From positions 39,000,001 through 39,064,000 of the forward strand of contig OZ249436.1 in NCBI GenBank assembly GCA_965235115.1: DNA of 64,000 nt, read 5' to 3'. Shown in pieces: positions 60,901-64,000 of the stretch; the stretch's first letter is position 1; the number at the start of each line of letters is the position of its first letter. Source of the stretch: Laetmonice hystrix. Its lineage: Eukaryota. The position numbers were made by a program, and so were the translations under genes. A model generated the notes under the pieces. That model ran no database searches, had not been told where the DNA came from, and saw only the letters and a program-made list of their open reading frames with translations.

Positions 60901-63900
60901 CCGAAATAAACTTGACTCCACTGAACAGTCCTCATAAATGTGACGGCTTTCAAATACTTAATCCAAAACGTCACAGATGCATCCTATCTTTAAAATTCCT
61001 ATCATCCATGACTTTCTTTCATTACTGACTCAAAACCATTTCCAAACTTCAATAAAATTTTCTATTTGATATATATACCGGAACATAGATCCTTTTCAGG
61101 CAAGCTTCCGTCTCGAGCAAAGTGTAAACTTTTTCTGTAATTATCTGAAAACGATAACAATATAAACCATCAATTCCATCCTGCTATGTCAGGCCAAGAT
61201 GAGAACACACACAAATGAACTTTGCCATGGCAGCTTTTAGCATATAACTTTACATGCTTGCTGAGGTAAACTCAAGGACCAGTTTACTGAGTAAAGGACA
61301 AGGGGAAACTACCCGTACTCCGTAATCAAACATGGGGTAACTAATAGTATTTGGTGAGATCTACTGCTGAGATTAGCCGGTATGAAAATGATACATCTTA
61401 CACCTTAATTACTTACTATATGTATCAACCACATCTTTACTGAATAGGGATAGCTTGGTTGTTACCTATGTCAGCTAGAGTATTATTAACGATTTCACCA
61501 ACCTCTCCAAGGGCCTCATACCGCTTCTGGTTATAAATGTGCTCATCCTTCAGTTTAAAGACAAACTCCTCCTGGGTCTCAATGTGTCGCATCTGGCCCC
61601 CTTTAATAATCACAAACAACCAAACGATCTTCACCACATAATCTAGCAAAGTGGAGATGTGCAAAAGATATGCATTTACAGAACATTTTCATGTGAATGG
61701 ATAATTCACTACTCAACTCAACACACTTTATAGATGTTTCTGAGCTTTCAAAATATTTACCAATATTGGAGAAATCATTTTCATACTCACGTTCATTAAA
61801 GAAATACTTGAAGCCTTCCATGGTATTTGGGAAGTCATACTTTTGTTTACTTTCTTTTACTTGACTCCGAATAGGTACAGACGCTGCCGACTCACACTTC
61901 TCCCCTAAAAGTATGTCAAAATTGATAAATTATAGATGAAAGCAAGACATTTCATGCCATTCCTGAGGCGTTCCCAGGTTGCAGCAAGGTTCTGGGGATT
62001 GTTTCAGTTCACTAACACACCAACAGACTGTCTGACCTGACGACAGACTCAATGTTTTCAAAAAGTGCTTCAATAAAATTATCTGGCTCCATCGGACCGT
62101 CCCGCTTTCTCGGGAGTTGTCTTAGAGGTTGGACCAAGAAATATGAGGAGCCAGATACTGTTTGATTCTGGACATGTCACCATCCTTATACCAAAATACC
62201 AATGGAGGTTTCATATTTGTATTCCTACCTTTATTTTACTATAATGCCAATTACAGCATTCACACGATTTAATGATTTACTGGTGACCGGAAATGAAATG
62301 TACACTTGGGGCATGAAGTCTAACAAAATAAGATATGGCACACATAAATATGGTGCCTCCCACACATCACACCGGCTAACATGCCTTGGATTTCTCCACT
62401 CCAGTGTTAAAATTAAACTCATACTCTATGTTCTAAGTCTATGTGTAGACAATTAGACTTATGTGTCAGTCCCTGGCTTAGGCTATTAGCTGCCTAAAGT
62501 TCACTTAGATCACTTACACTGGCCAGGCAAACCCTGTGACTTCATGAAAGTTCTTGTCATACTTAGTGTTGCAACCATGCCCATGGACTCGGTCACTTGT
62601 GTCAACCTGCCAAGGAGGCGTGCGCCCCACCTCAAACATTTCATTGCTATTACCGGTATGGGGCACCGTTTGACGCACCACCTAGCCTGGGACTAGTAGG
62701 AGGTTTTGTTTACACCAAGTGGCACACTACACGTCTACACAGTACAACACAGATCACCATAGCCAGGCGTCTCTCATGTATAACAACATGGGTTGTCAGT
62801 AACCGGCCTTAGAGAATGCTCTTTCGTTGATTTTGACAATTTGAATGGTAAACTCGTGTTAAACTGTTTGGGTTAATAGGCAACTCAAGGCATTCATAAT
62901 GGCAGCATCGAGTTCGCCCTGTTTCTCATGAATCAGTAAATTGCAATACTGGAGCGCCATCTTGTGTGGAGGACATTTCGCCAACAGATGGCGCCACCAA
63001 TCTGTAACTGGGGGGGGGGGGGGGTTGAGGTGTATGAGACAGCTGGTAGTGACAAATGACTGCAACCTAGGTGAGTAGCACAGGTTGGCAACATGTAAGG
63101 AATTGCAAGATATCTAAGCGAGAATTTATAGTAAACTACTAACAAATTATTCCATGTAAAGTAACATCAATTGGTAACATTCGCCAGATATTATACTACC
63201 ACTGCATGCACAACAGACATACCTGCCAACATTTGGTCAGCGGAATCCGGAATCATCCCAAATTGACCTTTGATATTCTCTCTAAATAACTTATATGGGC
63301 CCCCTTTTTTTTATCCATCTCTATCTCTTCCTCTCCATTACTGACAGAAAGCACAACTCTGATTTAGCAGGGACCATAAACGATCTTTTTGCCGGTGAAA
63401 CTCTGCCATGAGCGAGAGATTTAACATGTATTTGGAGGGAATCTATACTTATTCTGTAAATTTTATGATTCCGTAATATTTAGAGAGTAATGCGGAATGC
63501 GGAATACCTCATTCAAATGCGGAAAGATTCCGCAAAATGCTGAAGGGTTGGCAGGTATGAACAGAGAACCACTCATTGTGGGCCCATAGTTAGAAGTTCA
63601 CCCAAGCTGAGGTAGGGAAAACAGATTCCATGGGGGGTGGGGGCAGGGGGTCAACAGCTTCCTTCCTGTCCACGCTGTCCCCTCCTGCTATTTTTGCCAT
63701 CAGGTAATAATCTCCCATACAAAAGGCTGTGCAGGAAATAGCAATGGGTGAAATAATTATGGAGAATCAATCGGGGGGGGGGGGGGGGGGGAGGAGCATT
63801 GCTGCCGAGTTTTGTTTTTTTTGCAACTGTCGTTTAGTTTTATACCCTTTTACTTGGAGGTAGAATGTTGTCACAGACACCTACAAATATTCATGATCCA

Positions 63901-63953
63901 GTACCTGAGTGAACAGCTTCCTCCATGTCGACATTGTCCCCTGCTCCTGCCAT
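57906..63953 (-). CDS. FAM172A: FAM172A / ARB2A cotranscriptional regulator (Arb2 alpha/beta-hydrolase fold), ~351 aa
   Basis: Phase-consistent exons 63953-63905, 61904-61791, 61600-61503, 61144-61079, 60726-60599, 60348-60210, 59892-59773, 58537-58421, 58287-58203 and 58045-57906. Motifs [76 protein letters not shown]; ends KEDL. The first exon is inferred from phase and splice signals. Confidence 0.96.
63218..63559. mobile_element. hAT-like MITE with 6-bp TSD in a FAM172A intron
   Basis: CATACCTGCCAAC ... GTTGGCAGGTATG flanked by AACAGA on both sides. Confidence 0.85.
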
Positions 63954-64000
63954 GTTTATCATCAGAAAAAGTAACTGAAAAGTGCAAAGAAAATATTCTC

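Overview
Intron-containing, transposon-dense animal genomic DNA, most likely a marine invertebrate (lophotrochozoan-like; this is an inference). Four host genes, all on the minus strand, could be spliced by hand through GT-AG junctions: a galactose-3-O-sulfotransferase-family gene (17907-14460), the TFIIH subunit GTF2H5/TFB5 (36241-33591), a divergent Shaw/Kv3-like voltage-gated K+ channel (54176-46961) and FAM172A/ARB2A (63953-57906). A decayed DIRS tyrosine-recombinase retrotransposon lies antisense in a channel intron. The rest is a mosaic of often nested DNA-transposon derivatives (Harbinger, pogo-like, Sola-type, piggyBac-, Kolobok- and hAT-like MITEs, Helentron-like elements with internal satellites) and microsatellites. 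The most striking unexplained feature is a ~1.3 kb array of 53-bp units at 5303-6610 in which almost every unit carries a perfect palindromic estrogen-response-element consensus (AGGTCAnnnTGACCT). All calls come from reading the sequence and recognising motifs; no searches were run.
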